A DNA stretch of 64,000 bases from Elsinoe ampelina. Taxonomy: Eukaryota. The notes under the pieces were generated by a model, which was not told the DNA's origin, made no database searches, and saw only the letters and a program-made list of their open reading frames with translations. Shown here piece by piece: positions 21,089 to 31,937 of the stretch. Both the position numbers and the translations under genes were made by a program. How positions within the stretch are numbered: the stretch's first letter is position 1; every line of letters begins with the position of its first letter. The stretch spans positions 891,850-955,849 of the forward strand of contig ML992509.1 of the NCBI GenBank assembly GCA_010093995.1, in the 5' to 3' direction.

Positions 21089-21925
21089 TCATGCTACAGT
21101 GGTATTGTACGCCTTTGGAAGGTACTTGAAGCTCGCCGGGCATCCGACACCCTCACCGACAGGCTCCACTCGTTCATAACGGCCATTTGCGATCGATCCT
21201 CTCACGTTGTACGTGTACCAGACTTCATACACCTCGCCATTGCTACACCTAGGAAGAGCCGTGATCCCACTAGGCGCCTTCAATGCCGCCACAAAAGCAT
21301 CATAGGTATAGTTCTTAGCCGTCGTTGGCACAATACCAGCAGCTTTCAAGTACTGCTCCACGTTAGCCTCTATTGCTCTCCAACCAGAAGCTCATCCTAC
21401 CTGATACGTCGGCAACTCCCTGAACAACCTCGTCGCCTGCTCAAAATAATCCACCACCTCCTCCTGCGGCTTGTATCTCGCAAAACATTCCGGTCTCAGC
21501 GTCGAATAGCAAGTCCCATGCTTATTCCACTCGTGCTCCCAAAAACTCTCATCGTCCCCCGCCTGATCCTTCCAGTACTTCTGCATGAACTTGAGGATCT
21601 TCTTGCCCCTCCCGCCGGCCGCCTGCAGGATAGACGTGATGTTGGTGTACTCCCTGCTCGGGTCGCAGAATTGCTCGTACGTGCCGTCGCAGTTGTCGGG
21701 CCAGAGGCCGTGGATGGTCCAGTGGTCTGAGGGGCCGGTGGGGGGGTTGGTGTCCCAGAATTGGACGGAGAGGATTTGGCCTTGTGATTCTACACAGCAG
21801 GTGTTTGTGATGGTGGTGTTGGTGTGGCAGGAGAGGGGGGAGTGGAGGGGGCAGTGAGGGGCGAGGGCTGAGGCGGAGTGGGTTAGGGCCAGGATGGTGG
21901 CGGGGAGGAAGGTGGAGGCACGCAT
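21089..21925 (-). CDS. secreted ribonuclease T2
   Basis: Signal peptide, CAS I WTIHGLWPD and CAS II FWEHEWNKHGTC. Intron 21400-21353. Confidence 0.95.
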
Positions 21926-22988
21926 GATGGGCGGAGAGAGGGACTTGTGAAAGATAGTCGTGGTGGATGGAGGACTTACCTAGAGGTGATTGAGCTGTAT
22001 ATAAGCCCAGGTTGTCGGGGGAGACGGACAGGATCTTCGTGATCAACGCAAGCATTTTTTTCGAGCCCTGAGATGGTTCCTGAGATGAGCAGCCAATTGA
22101 AAGCTGTTGTGGTTGTTTGGGGAAGGACAGGGTAGGTCGACCTGCCACTTTGGGTTGGCAGAGAAGCATCAATGATCTGCAGCGATAAACACGTGCAGAA
22201 AGCTTCGCTTGAGCTTGGCTATCCTCGACCCGAGTGTGCCGTTTGTCTTTGAGCGCACAGACACAAGAGATGCGAGTGGCGAGAGTGGAAGCGAGATGAT
22301 GATGGTCATGGATCTTTGAACTTTTCCATACCGTCCTACAGCAACAATCGACAATCTCTCGACTAGTACTCACCAGTAGTACATACCTACCTCTGCATTT
22401 CGATCAGTAAATAGCTTCGAAGATACAAGGGCGAGTTGTGTTGTGGTCACAAACTCAGAGCGAATGGCTGTTCTCACCTTGACGTGGTGGATTTAACCTC
22501 GGCTATGCTTGGCCAAGTTGCAATGCCAACCATTTGCATTACCACCATCTTCATATTCACTGCACCAACGAGTGTGATGTGAGTGCTCTGACAACGTCAC
22601 TGACAACAAGAGGCTGCGGCAGTGCTCCAGATGCCAGAGATCAGTGAACGTGAACAGGATCGAATGCTGATGCCTTGACCTTGACAACGGCAACGAGCGG
22701 CCGTATCCTCCTCGGAACTTGTTCTGATTGGGCACTCACGCTGACCTCAGCCATGACAGATCAAGTAATACAGTATTGTAGCTACATTCCTCTTGGGGGA
22801 GAAACATGGTTGACGCGGCAGCTATTCTTGCTGCCTTGTGTGACATGTCCACGGCGGCGGCCAGCATGTTGTTAATAAGCAATCTTCGCTGCTCACATGG
22901 ACAGCCATCACCATCGACACTGCCTGGGGGCCCGCGACGCTAGTCTACATCCAGGTGCAAAGGCTACCATTCGTGGATGTAATCAACT

Positions 22989-23020
22989 GGCAGTGCTACA
23001 GAAGGCAGTGCTACAGAAGG
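22989..23020 (+). repeat. perfect 15-bp tandem duplication (GGCAGTGCTACAGAA x2)
   Basis: Seen directly, ~35 bp upstream of the GT1 start codon. Confidence 0.85.
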
Positions 23021-23053
23021 ACAAGTCCGTAACTCGCAACCATTCGGCACGCG

Positions 23054-26000
23054 ATGGGGCGTCCTACGCAACAGGAGGCGTCCGCTGCCTTCCAGTCTGG
23101 AAGTGCTCTCGATGTTCTGGCACAGGATGCTTGCATGGTCGACCTGACTACCTCCGAATCGCCCGAGGATGACCTGCCGCCCCCTCCCTATGGTGACTCT
23201 TACGGCGAGATTCGGAACGAGAAGGATGGTCTTGGTACCAGCGCCAACGTCACCGACGACGGCAGAGTCGATATCCGCATAAATCAGCTCAATCGGCGAC
23301 TATCCCATATATTCTCACCTGCGTTGAGCCACCATCTACAAAGCATTCAGGACAGCAGCCAAGAACCACCACCATACATCTCACCCTCTCTGCGAGGCAA
23401 AGATGGCGCTCCGCCATTAGCCTTGAATGTCGTGATTCATGTGGTTGGATCTCGTGGAGACGTGCAACCATTTGTGGCATTGGGAAAGGTACTCAGAGAC
23501 ACCTATGGCCACCGTGTACGTCTGGCTACCCATCCAAAATTTAGAGCGTTCGTGCTTGAAAACAGCTTGGAATTCTTCAGCATTGGCTGTGATCCATCCA
23601 GACTCATGGCCTACATGAGCAAAAACCCAAATTTGATGCCGGGAATCCGCAGTCTGTCCAACGGAGACGTCGGTCAACGCCGGAAAGATGTATCCGAGTA
23701 TATACAAGGTTGCTGGCGATCATGCTACGAGACGGGTGATGGTCTGGACGACAACTTCGATCAGCTGGATCTGAAGTCAACGTCGGCACCAAGACCATTC
23801 GTCGCCGACTGCATCATAGCGAATCCGCCAAGCTTCGCTCACATCCATTGTGCAGAGAAGCTGGGTGTCCCGTTGCACATCATGTTCACCATGCCATACT
23901 CTCCAACACAAGCATTTCCGCACCCGCTCGCTAACGTTCAATCATCGAATGCAGATCCGCAGCTGACCAACTATCTTAGCTACGCCATGATAGAAGGTCT
24001 GTCGTGGCAAGGCGTAGGTGACATTGTAAATCGCTTTCGGTCGAAGTGCCTCGGTCTGGATCCGATAAGCGTCCTAAGGGGCCCTGGTGTGCTTCAGCGG
24101 CTCAGAATTCCTCACACCTACGCCTGGTCGCCAGCCCTTATCCCGAAGCCGAAGGACTGGGGCGCAGAGATAACAATCTCAGGATTCTACCTTCTCAATC
24201 AAGCCTCAAGCTACACTCCCAATCCTCAGCTTCAATCATTTCTCGACGCTGGCCCTCCCCCAGTTTACATCGGGTTTGGAAGCATATATCTGGAGAAGGC
24301 TAACGCAATGACAGCGCTCGTCCTCGAAGCCACAAAGAAGACTGGCCAGCGCATCTTACTATCTCAAGGTTGGGGCGGCATGGGCGCCCAAGAGCTCGAT
24401 ATCGACCGCACAAAAGTCTTCATCCTCGGCGATGTCCCTCACGACTGGCTATTTAAACATGTATCATGCCTTGTGCATCATGGCGGCGCAGGGACCACAG
24501 CTGCGGGTATGACCGCTGGGCGGCCGACGGTGGTAGTACCCTTCTTCGGTGATCAGCCCTTCTGGGGGGGAATGGTATCGAGAGCTGGCGCAGGTCCTGC
24601 CCCGATCCCACACAATCAGCTCACAGCGGACAAATTAGCAGATGCTATCAATTTCTGTCTAGAACCAAGAACTCAAGACCACGCAAAGGACCTTGCAGAC
24701 ACAATTGCTTCAGAACGAGGTACGGAAGAAGGTGCACAGTCGTTCCACCACTTCCTCGATGTCGATCGCCTGCGCTGCTTGCTAGCCCCGTCCCGACCGG
24801 CGGTATGGCGCGTGAGGCGCACAAAGGTCAGACTTAGTACCTTCGCTGCCTGCACGTTGGCGAACGCCAATTTGCTTGATTTCAATGACCTGAAGCTGTT
24901 CAGAGCGCAAGAGTATGAGACTGATGCCGGCCCAACAGATCCAATTTCTGGTGCTTTTGTAGCGGCCTGCGATGCAGTGGGTACCATGACAATGGCGCTG
25001 GTAGAAACCCCTTCGGAGACATGGAAAGCCATGCAACTTCCCTTCAAGGCTGGCCAGCAGGACTCGCAAACCTCGAACGCCGGAAGACAGTCGATGTCTT
25101 CTGAGTCCGCAGCGACTAGTCAAACGAGTTTGAACTTGCGAGGGGGTCCGTCAGATACTCGGATTCCACTCGTTCGGTCTAAATCAACAGCATCCCCCTC
25201 TACAAAGGACGATAAGCGTAGCCAACTCCGAAGCCGGCAAGGCAGAACAGATATGCCACTGGTCAAAAGTCTCGAGCCAAAAAACAAGGACATGCTTCGC
25301 CACTCGGGCGCACACCTGAGCAAAGGTGCTGGTAGCTTTGCCAAAGCACTCGTGCAGAGTCCCATGACTCTCTCGATGGGCCTCACCAGAGGCTGCCATA
25401 ATCTTCCAAAGATGTGGGGTGACGAGACTGTGCGTCCCCAAGCCCAAGTCAAGGATGCCAAGTCTGGATTCACAACAGCGGGGAAGCAGTTTGGTCTGGG
25501 GTGGTACGACGGTATCACTGGACTAGTCACTCAACCTTGGCAGGGTGCACAGAAAGACGGCGTTGGCGGGTTGGTGGCTGGTATCGGGAAGGGGGTAGCA
25601 GGTTTTATAGCCAAGCCTTTGGCAGGTTCCGTTGGTATCCTCGGCTACCCGATGAAGGGGCTACACCGGCAAGTGCAGAATACATTCAATCGTAATCTAC
25701 AGACGTACATCAGCGCGTCCAGGGCAGCTCAGGGGTATGAAGAGTGGCAGCAGAGCTCCGAGGCAGAGAAGCAAGATGTCGTCGAGAGGTGGAGTCTGAT
25801 ACAGAAGTATCTGAAGAACAAAAGCTGTCCTGATGAATTCATGCGAGACATCCTCGAAACACACTATAAGGCCCGGAATTCAACGATGGGAGAGCCGCAT
25901 CGAAGCAGTATCGGCGGTGTTGCCAATGCTAGACCTCTTGAGGCAGGAAAAGAGTCGGTAGATCCTCAGGACGACTCCGGAGCATCCACGGCTTCGCTAA

Positions 26001-26569
26001 TGACTGCGGCCGAGGATGAAGGCTCTCAGTCATCGTCCGGTCAGTCACCACCAAGAGATACATCAAGCAGCGGCAGCACCGGTTCGAACAAAGTTTATAC
26101 CTCCCAGACTCAGATCCGACGCAAAGAAGTGCCAGGACGGCAAGCATCCGAAGGTGATATGCGGCAGGCACTGGCTGCCAGCGAAGAGGAGGCCAAGCGA
26201 CGTGCTACCGAAGAATCAGAGTACGACAGACATGTCGAGAGACTCCTGGCGCAGACCCTGCTCGAGCACAGGGATGCCGACTCTCATGCTTGGGCGTATC
26301 CAGATCTAACCGAGGACGTGGATGACATGTCTATGAACGAGAGGATGGCTGCAGAGAAGACAGAGGAGGATATTGTCATGGAATATGTCAGAAAGCAGAG
26401 CTTACTGGAAGCGCACCACCGACACAAGGGGAAGAGTGCTAGAAGAAGTACTTGGGACGACAGGGATGACGAGGACGATGAAGAGCTACAGAGAGCTTTG
26501 CAGAAAAGCCTACAAGAGCACGAGGGCCTGCCGACGGGGAGCTCCAAGGGGGCACCGTCGAGGTTGTGA
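23054..26569 (+). CDS. glycosyltransferase family 1, sterol 3-beta-glucosyltransferase-like, with C-terminal UIM-like motifs
   Basis: GSRGDVQPFVALG, HRVRLATH, PPVYIGFGS, VPHDWLF, VHHGGAGTTAAG, PFFGDQPFWG. The tail carries EGDMRQALAAS and DEELQRALQKS. Intronless, 1171 aa. Confidence 0.92.
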   Translation: MGRPTQQEASAAFQSGSALDVLAQDACMVDLTTSESPEDDLPPPPYGDSYGEIRNEKDGLGTSANVTDDGRVDIRINQLNRRLSHIFSPALSHHLQSIQDSSQEPPPYISPSLRGKDGAPPLALNVVIHVVGSRGDVQPFVALGKVLRDTYGHRVRLATHPKFRAFVLENSLEFFSIGCDPSRLMAYMSKNPNLMPGIRSLSNGDVGQRRKDVSEYIQGCWRSCYETGDGLDDNFDQLDLKSTSAPRPFVADCIIANPPSFAHIHCAEKLGVPLHIMFTMPYSPTQAFPHPLANVQSSNADPQLTNYLSYAMIEGLSWQGVGDIVNRFRSKCLGLDPISVLRGPGVLQRLRIPHTYAWSPALIPKPKDWGAEITISGFYLLNQASSYTPNPQLQSFLDAGPPPVYIGFGSIYLEKANAMTALVLEATKKTGQRILLSQGWGGMGAQELDIDRTKVFILGDVPHDWLFKHVSCLVHHGGAGTTAAGMTAGRPTVVVPFFGDQPFWGGMVSRAGAGPAPIPHNQLTADKLADAINFCLEPRTQDHAKDLADTIASERGTEEGAQSFHHFLDVDRLRCLLAPSRPAVWRVRRTKVRLSTFAACTLANANLLDFNDLKLFRAQEYETDAGPTDPISGAFVAACDAVGTMTMALVETPSETWKAMQLPFKAGQQDSQTSNAGRQSMSSESAATSQTSLNLRGGPSDTRIPLVRSKSTASPSTKDDKRSQLRSRQGRTDMPLVKSLEPKNKDMLRHSGAHLSKGAGSFAKALVQSPMTLSMGLTRGCHNLPKMWGDETVRPQAQVKDAKSGFTTAGKQFGLGWYDGITGLVTQPWQGAQKDGVGGLVAGIGKGVAGFIAKPLAGSVGILGYPMKGLHRQVQNTFNRNLQTYISASRAAQGYEEWQQSSEAEKQDVVERWSLIQKYLKNKSCPDEFMRDILETHYKARNSTMGEPHRSSIGGVANARPLEAGKESVDPQDDSGASTASLMTAAEDEGSQSSSGQSPPRDTSSSGSTGSNKVYTSQTQIRRKEVPGRQASEGDMRQALAASEEEAKRRATEESEYDRHVERLLAQTLLEHRDADSHAWAYPDLTEDVDDMSMNERMAAEKTEEDIVMEYVRKQSLLEAHHRHKGKSARRSTWDDRDDEDDEELQRALQKSLQEHEGLPTGSSKGAPSRL

Positions 26570-26729
26570 ACCCATGTCATCTCACACCTGTGTCCATATT
26601 GGTCTAGCCCAAACGCCATAGCGGAATCGAGCCTCAAGAATCTACAGAAGCTTGACGTCCTGCAAAAGTGATGCTGAGGACTGTCGACCATGTCCATTGG
26701 CAAAAGACGAGTGCCAAAAACCGGCAAAA

Positions 26730-26849
26730 AGATACAAGCACCTGGGATTCACACGTGGTCACCCACCGCATTACTAATCAGGCGATCAGCTGCTTAGATA
26801 TGGCAGATCTGACGGGATGCCTCGTTTTCAACTGTCTATGGCCGTATCT
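26730..26849 (-). rRNA. 5S rRNA gene, copy A (120 nt)
   Basis: Minus strand AGATACGGCCATAG...CATCCCGTCAGATCTGCC...TAAGC...TTAGTA...GTGGGTGACCAC..GAATCCCAGGTGCTTGTATCT. The 5' and 3' ends pair (helix I), oligo-T follows, and a TTATTAT element lies ~25 bp upstream. Confidence 0.9.
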
Positions 26850-27105
26850 GCTAAGAAGACCGTGGGGCCATAATAAGAACCTTGTCTTCGTAGTCGTCGC
26901 CGAAAGGAAAGCCGAGGAGGATCAGGGGCCGGGGCCAATGAGCATACCAACGATCGCAGACGATCAATTTCATCTACTCCGACAAAGCTGTTTCATCGAG
27001 CCTGACTGTTTCCTGCGCATATATTCAAAATTAAAGATAATAGCAAAAAGCTCGGTAAGACGAATCATTCCTCAATGCTGCCATAGCCGCGAACTTGACA
27101 CAAGA

Positions 27106-28107
27106 TCATCCTTGAAAGATATTCTGGGCCTTGTACCACCACCTTTGGCCTGTGCGATTCCGCCCTTCGTCATCGATCCACCAATTGACCTGGTAATTGA
27201 GATACGCTGCTCTGGAATCGAGAGTGCAGCCTCCGCAGACGAACCGCTTCCCACTACCGTAGAAAGTGTCGATCAATGTCAAGACGACCGGGATTGCCAT
27301 GAGGAATATCGCAATACCCTTGGACCACCAAGAGCTGAAACCACTCCTGTGTCGGTAGTGCTTCCTCCCCCAGCCTACTCCGGTGATGACGATGGAGCCC
27401 ACTATCATGAGACACGGAGTCGCGACCTTGAGCGAAGTCGTGTTGTTGTCCATGAAGGCAAATGCTTCATTGAGGCAGTCAGGCAATGACGTATCAACGA
27501 TGATGCCTGGCTTGCCGAAATTCTGTACCATGCCCTGCAGTGCCAATGCGAACGCAGCTCCCACCAAGACCCAGTAGAAGAGGTTCATAGACTGAGCAGT
27601 CGTTCTTGAAAGAGCCAGACCCCCTTCTCCTGTAGTCCCGAATCGATACATCCACAGCTTCATCGCCACTGCCAGAGTCGTCGCCAGAGCGCCCGGATCG
27701 GTGACCGCGACCCCATATCCCGCGACTGCATCATAGATGCCAATGACGAGTACGGCGATCTGTATCAAGGCCCAGACGGAGAGTAGTGCATCACCAACGC
27801 CGTAGCCTGGATCGCTCTCGGCTGGTCCGGTGAGGTATCTCTTATACGTCACCAATGTTGGGAGTAGCCAGGTCGCATAGCCGAGATAGTTGGTCGTCAG
27901 GAGAGGTGGGCCTGGTGCGAGCCCACACCCGTCAACGCTGCCGGGTGCTGCCAGGTATCTGGTGTCTTCCTGAACGCAACTGTCCGGTTCGCCGGGGGCT
28001 GACGTACATGGAAACGTGGGCTCCGGTGGTGGTTCGAAATATTCTGTTTCGGTTGGAGAGAGGGTCAACTCGGTGAAAGAAGGGTAGGTAACGAACGTGG
28101 AAGCCAT
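27106..28107 (-). CDS. hypothetical multi-pass membrane protein (~333 aa) with a Pro/Cys-rich N-terminal region
   Basis: Long intronless ORF with about 6 hydrophobic segments; likely start MASTFV at 28107. No family recognised. Confidence 0.65.
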   Translation of the reverse strand: MASTFVTYPSFTELTLSPTETEYFEPPPEPTFPCTSAPGEPDSCVQEDTRYLAAPGSVDGCGLAPGPPLLTTNYLGYATWLLPTLVTYKRYLTGPAESDPGYGVGDALLSVWALIQIAVLVIGIYDAVAGYGVAVTDPGALATTLAVAMKLWMYRFGTTGEGGLALSRTTAQSMNLFYWVLVGAAFALALQGMVQNFGKPGIIVDTSLPDCLNEAFAFMDNNTTSLKVATPCLMIVGSIVITGVGWGRKHYRHRSGFSSWWSKGIAIFLMAIPVVLTLIDTFYGSGKRFVCGGCTLDSRAAYLNYQVNWWIDDEGRNRTGQRWWYKAQNIFQG

Positions 28108-29591
28108 GACTGATGACGAGTGTGCCACAAGCCAGAAAGGAGACGTCTGAGTACTATTGACGACCACCGACTCGTACTCAGCACTGCTTAAACATGCATC
28201 GTCGCAGCTGAACAAGCTGCAAAAAAGGCAATTGTGGTGGCGCAAGCTGAAGCACAACTTCGGCTGTGTGCATGATGGCTTGTATGCATCCAATCGAACA
28301 CCGTACAGAGGGGTTGCCAAGTGCGGCTGGAGCAGTCCTTAAGGCGTGTGTTTTCTGAATAGAGAGAGCTGAGGGATGCATGGTAAGCGTGTAATCCAAT
28401 CGTAGTCGTATGCTCTACTCACAGTTTTCGTGGTGTGTTACACTGACCAGAGGATCGATAGATTTCCTTATCATCCCCAGTATGCCCATCATTAGAACTG
28501 ACTTACCGACACTACTCTTTGCTTCATCCCTCAGCGTCTCACTTGTATTTTGTGCGTCCTTTAAACCGACCGAGAGCTTCCTCACTTCAAATCGACTTCA
28601 GTTGGCGAATTTGCATTCTCCAGACAGGCCTCGCATGCCCCGCGAGAGTCACTCCCAAGCTTTTGGGACCCATTGTCTCGATGACACGTGCCTGTCATGC
28701 GTGCTAATATACGCGGCACAGCCGCAAAGATAGTATGTTAGCCAGGAATGAAAGATTGACGTGGTCAGGGTTGATCCAACTATCTATCGAAAGATCCGTA
28801 GCCCCGCAGCCCGACATTAAGACCGTATGTGCCGGTTGCGAGGGCTAAATGAGACAGATCTGTCATACGAAGCTTCCGCGAAACTTGGGCATATGAAATA
28901 GTATCATTCTCGAATCGCTACCTGATGATCGTAAGTGATGCGTCGTAGATATACTAACACTCTACTCTTGTCGGCACTCCGCTCAAGCAGGTCGTGACAG
29001 GTATAGGAGCACGGCGGTGCTCGACTCTTCAACCGCCATCCAGGCTCTGACCTGACCACCTCTCATCAGTAGTATGTCTCACGCTGCATCCTTGGATCTT
29101 CACTCTATGAGGTACACAGACGCTCCGAGAAGAACGAATCCAGTCGCATCTCCTGGAACAACACCCCTTTCGATCGTATCAGTAGTACTTCTAAAGCTCC
29201 ATTAAGGCCGAGCTATTTAAGCTGAACCGGCTAGACCCGGATGGCTTTCTTCGCGCAGCGACACTAGGAAACAGGCTATCGTCCAGCCATCTGATCCAAT
29301 ACTTGCCGGTCCGGACACAGCTTCAATTGGAGTCAACCTCCAGGATTCGTGAAATGGCTGCTTGGAGGCAGTATATCAACAAGTCGAAAATGCCAATGAA
29401 CACCCTTCTTCTCTAGAAGACTGCAACCCTAGAGGGGCAAACGCGCTATCTCACGCCAACAGATCGATGGGAGGTAGTAGTTGCGTGACACGCTTGCGTA
29501 AGCAAATCCCGCCATGTGCATATCCTCATCTCGCAGAAAGTCTTCGCCGGCATTCCGGCGACCGGAAGTATCCCGTCCAATGCAGCAAGCC

Positions 29592-30520
29592 CTAACCTCC
29601 GCTGCTGGTAATTAGGTATTTCGTGTTGCCAAACCCTCCAAACGCTGGTGCGGGATGCGCTTGTGCGCTAGGAAATGCCTCACGACTGAAGTAGCGGCCT
29701 TTAAGAGTCCTCAAGCCAGCGTTACTATCGATCCACAAGATCATCTTCTCTAGGATGCCCTCTACACCCAATCTCCCGAGACCGCTGCGTTCTTCTACAA
29801 GGCGTTGCAAACCCTCCATGTGTATTCCATAAACATTCGGATCTCTAAAGAGAGCCTCATAATGGGCCAAGAGTACGATGCTGGCTACGAGATGGTCGCT
29901 CCAGACCATGGCGGTTGTTGAGGCAGCCGATCGGATCGTAGACATTGCTGTCACGCGGACCACAGGAAGCGGAAGCGTGTGCCTCGGTGAATGGATATCA
30001 AGTCGTCTAGAAGGCGTAGCGGTGGCTCCAGGATTGGCTCGAGCAGCTGCAAGCTGGACTCTGTCAAGATGCTTAGCAGACAAGAGTGTCAGTGCGTGCA
30101 TGGTGCAAGGATTTGATAGAAGGAAAGGATACTACGTCCCTCGCAGGAGCCGTGTACCACTTTCGCCTTAGAAGCCCGGGAAGATAGGTACCATAGCTAA
30201 CAGGTAGTGCTCGTAGACCAATAAGACAGAAGCATGCCACGAAGGCCTATAGGAGGAGAGCGGAATCGTGTGCCTAGTTATTCGGCAGCGACTACTCGGC
30301 ATATGTGGCAGCATTGTCGACTCGCCACTAGCTTCGGTCGGCCGGGGTGTGTGACTTGGCGGGTCGGTCTCAGTTGGAGATGCTGACCAGACTCGATCTT
30401 GGTAGGAACCTTTTCTGTGTTTCATACTAGACAGCCCTTAGAGAGATGTGCCGGACCGCGGTCGACTAGCGGCGTGAATCTGTGCTTGCTTGGATGAAAT
30501 GGCTTTAGAGCAGAAGTCAC
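29592..30520 (-). pseudogene. degenerate fungal-specific transcription-factor-domain gene (DUF3468/Fungal_trans_2-like)
   Basis: C-terminal SDHLVASIVLLAHYE...IHMEGLQRLVEERSGL..LG motif. Upstream ORF 30425-30168 is in the same frame but separated by TAA (30170-68) and TAG (30134-32). The 5' end is uncertain. Confidence 0.65.
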
Positions 30521-31312
30521 TGCTGATGGCCAGTCGGTGCGGTGTTCCTCTTTCCAGGGAATACCTAGTAGTACCTAAAATGCGACTCGAAGTTATGTCA
30601 AGACCTATTTCGGAGACGCAAGCCAGCTATGTAGGCCATGGCTTGAAGCACTTCTCGCCGTCGGGCTTTGAAATGCCAAATACAATGCTCGTCTGTCGGC
30701 AACCATTGTCCCTGCATGCAGCACATCCGTGGCCGCAGTAACACAGCGTGGTTAGGATAGCCAAGCCTCTGCGTTATCTGTTCAGGAATAGGCGTTGACC
30801 CCAGGCAGCTAGATGCAGAAAATACAGCCATATAGTGTGCGTCGTCCAAGAGCGGCGACGTAATCAGAGAGAGGACCGTATTGTGACAGACATACCTATG
30901 CTGCAGACAAATATTTCGATCAGTAAGCCGAATGATGGCATCCGATTGAAGCCTGTCTTCCGGGATTGAGCCGCTGTCATGTTGTGGCGTATTTGCCCCT
31001 TAATCCGGAAAGCGCACTTGTGGTACATCCCATCCATTCTGCGTCGCGTCTAATTTGTATTTCCCAACGACTAGGCTGCACTTGGGCCTTTCAATAATTT
31101 GCTGCATGTTTCTGAGAAGGGGTAAATGGTGAGCCAAAAGGAAGATTCAAGACTGCTGGCTGAAGTGCCGCAAACTTCGCCATCCAATCACACGTGTTTC
31201 GCGTCCCACGAGGAGGCCTCAAGGAACCAATTCGTCAATGAGGTTTACGGTGCAAAAAAGGTCGCACTCTGTAACCCGAGCTGGCATGTTCAAAAAGATG
31301 TCAAGGAGCAAA

Positions 31313-31431
31313 AGATGCAGCACCTGGGATTCACACGTGGTCACCCACCGCATTACTAATCAGGCGATCAGTTGCTTAGATATGGCAGATCTGACGGGAT
31401 GCCTCGTTCTCAACTGTCTATGGCCGCATCT
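31313..31431 (-). rRNA. 5S rRNA gene, copy B (119 nt)
   Basis: Near-identical to copy A. Helix I is AGATGCGGC/GCTGCATCT, a TATA-like TTATATTTATAC lies ~20-30 bp upstream, and T-runs follow downstream. Confidence 0.92.
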
Positions 31432-31937
31432 GCTTACCACCGGGTACTGTATAAATATAATGGTTGTCCATTATCCTCCTGTATAGGTGCAGGAACTTCA
31501 CGGGTACCTTTCGATCCACGCGAAGCTATACTCATGATGACGACACATGGAAGGTGGCTGCCAAGTGAGAGGTCAACCCGGCCGCCGCATAATAGGTAAC
31601 GGTAGAGGCCAGAGGAAAGATTGGCGGAGAGACCTGCGAGGAGCCTCGGGAGCTGTTCTGCGAGATGGACGTCTCTCGAAAGGGCTAGGACTTTGGTGAT
31701 TCATGCAGTTGATTCCACAAGGAAGGCATTGTGGCATCGACCGGCGAGTTTCGGGGGAGAACGCAATGTCCGGCCCCGCAAGACCTGTAATTTGATGAAA
31801 GCGCGATACCAGTGGCGACGGCTTGCCGCATTAAGCCCTGATCATAACACGGGAATGCTCCCACGAGGATTCGCCGAGACTCGACACAGGACTCTTCCAT
31901 TGTGGTAGTCGTCTGCTCGCGTAGTATCTCGCTCTCA

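Noticed and set aside
26668..27489. 273-aa plus-strand ORF sharing a peptide (TWDSHVVTHRITNQAISCLDMADLTGCLV) with ORF 31238-31486
   Set aside because: The shared peptide is just the antisense translation of the two 5S rRNA genes.
22400..31900. Possible Starship element around the 5S genes
   Set aside because: No DUF3435 tyrosine-recombinase gene, no split 5S target and no terminal repeats are visible.
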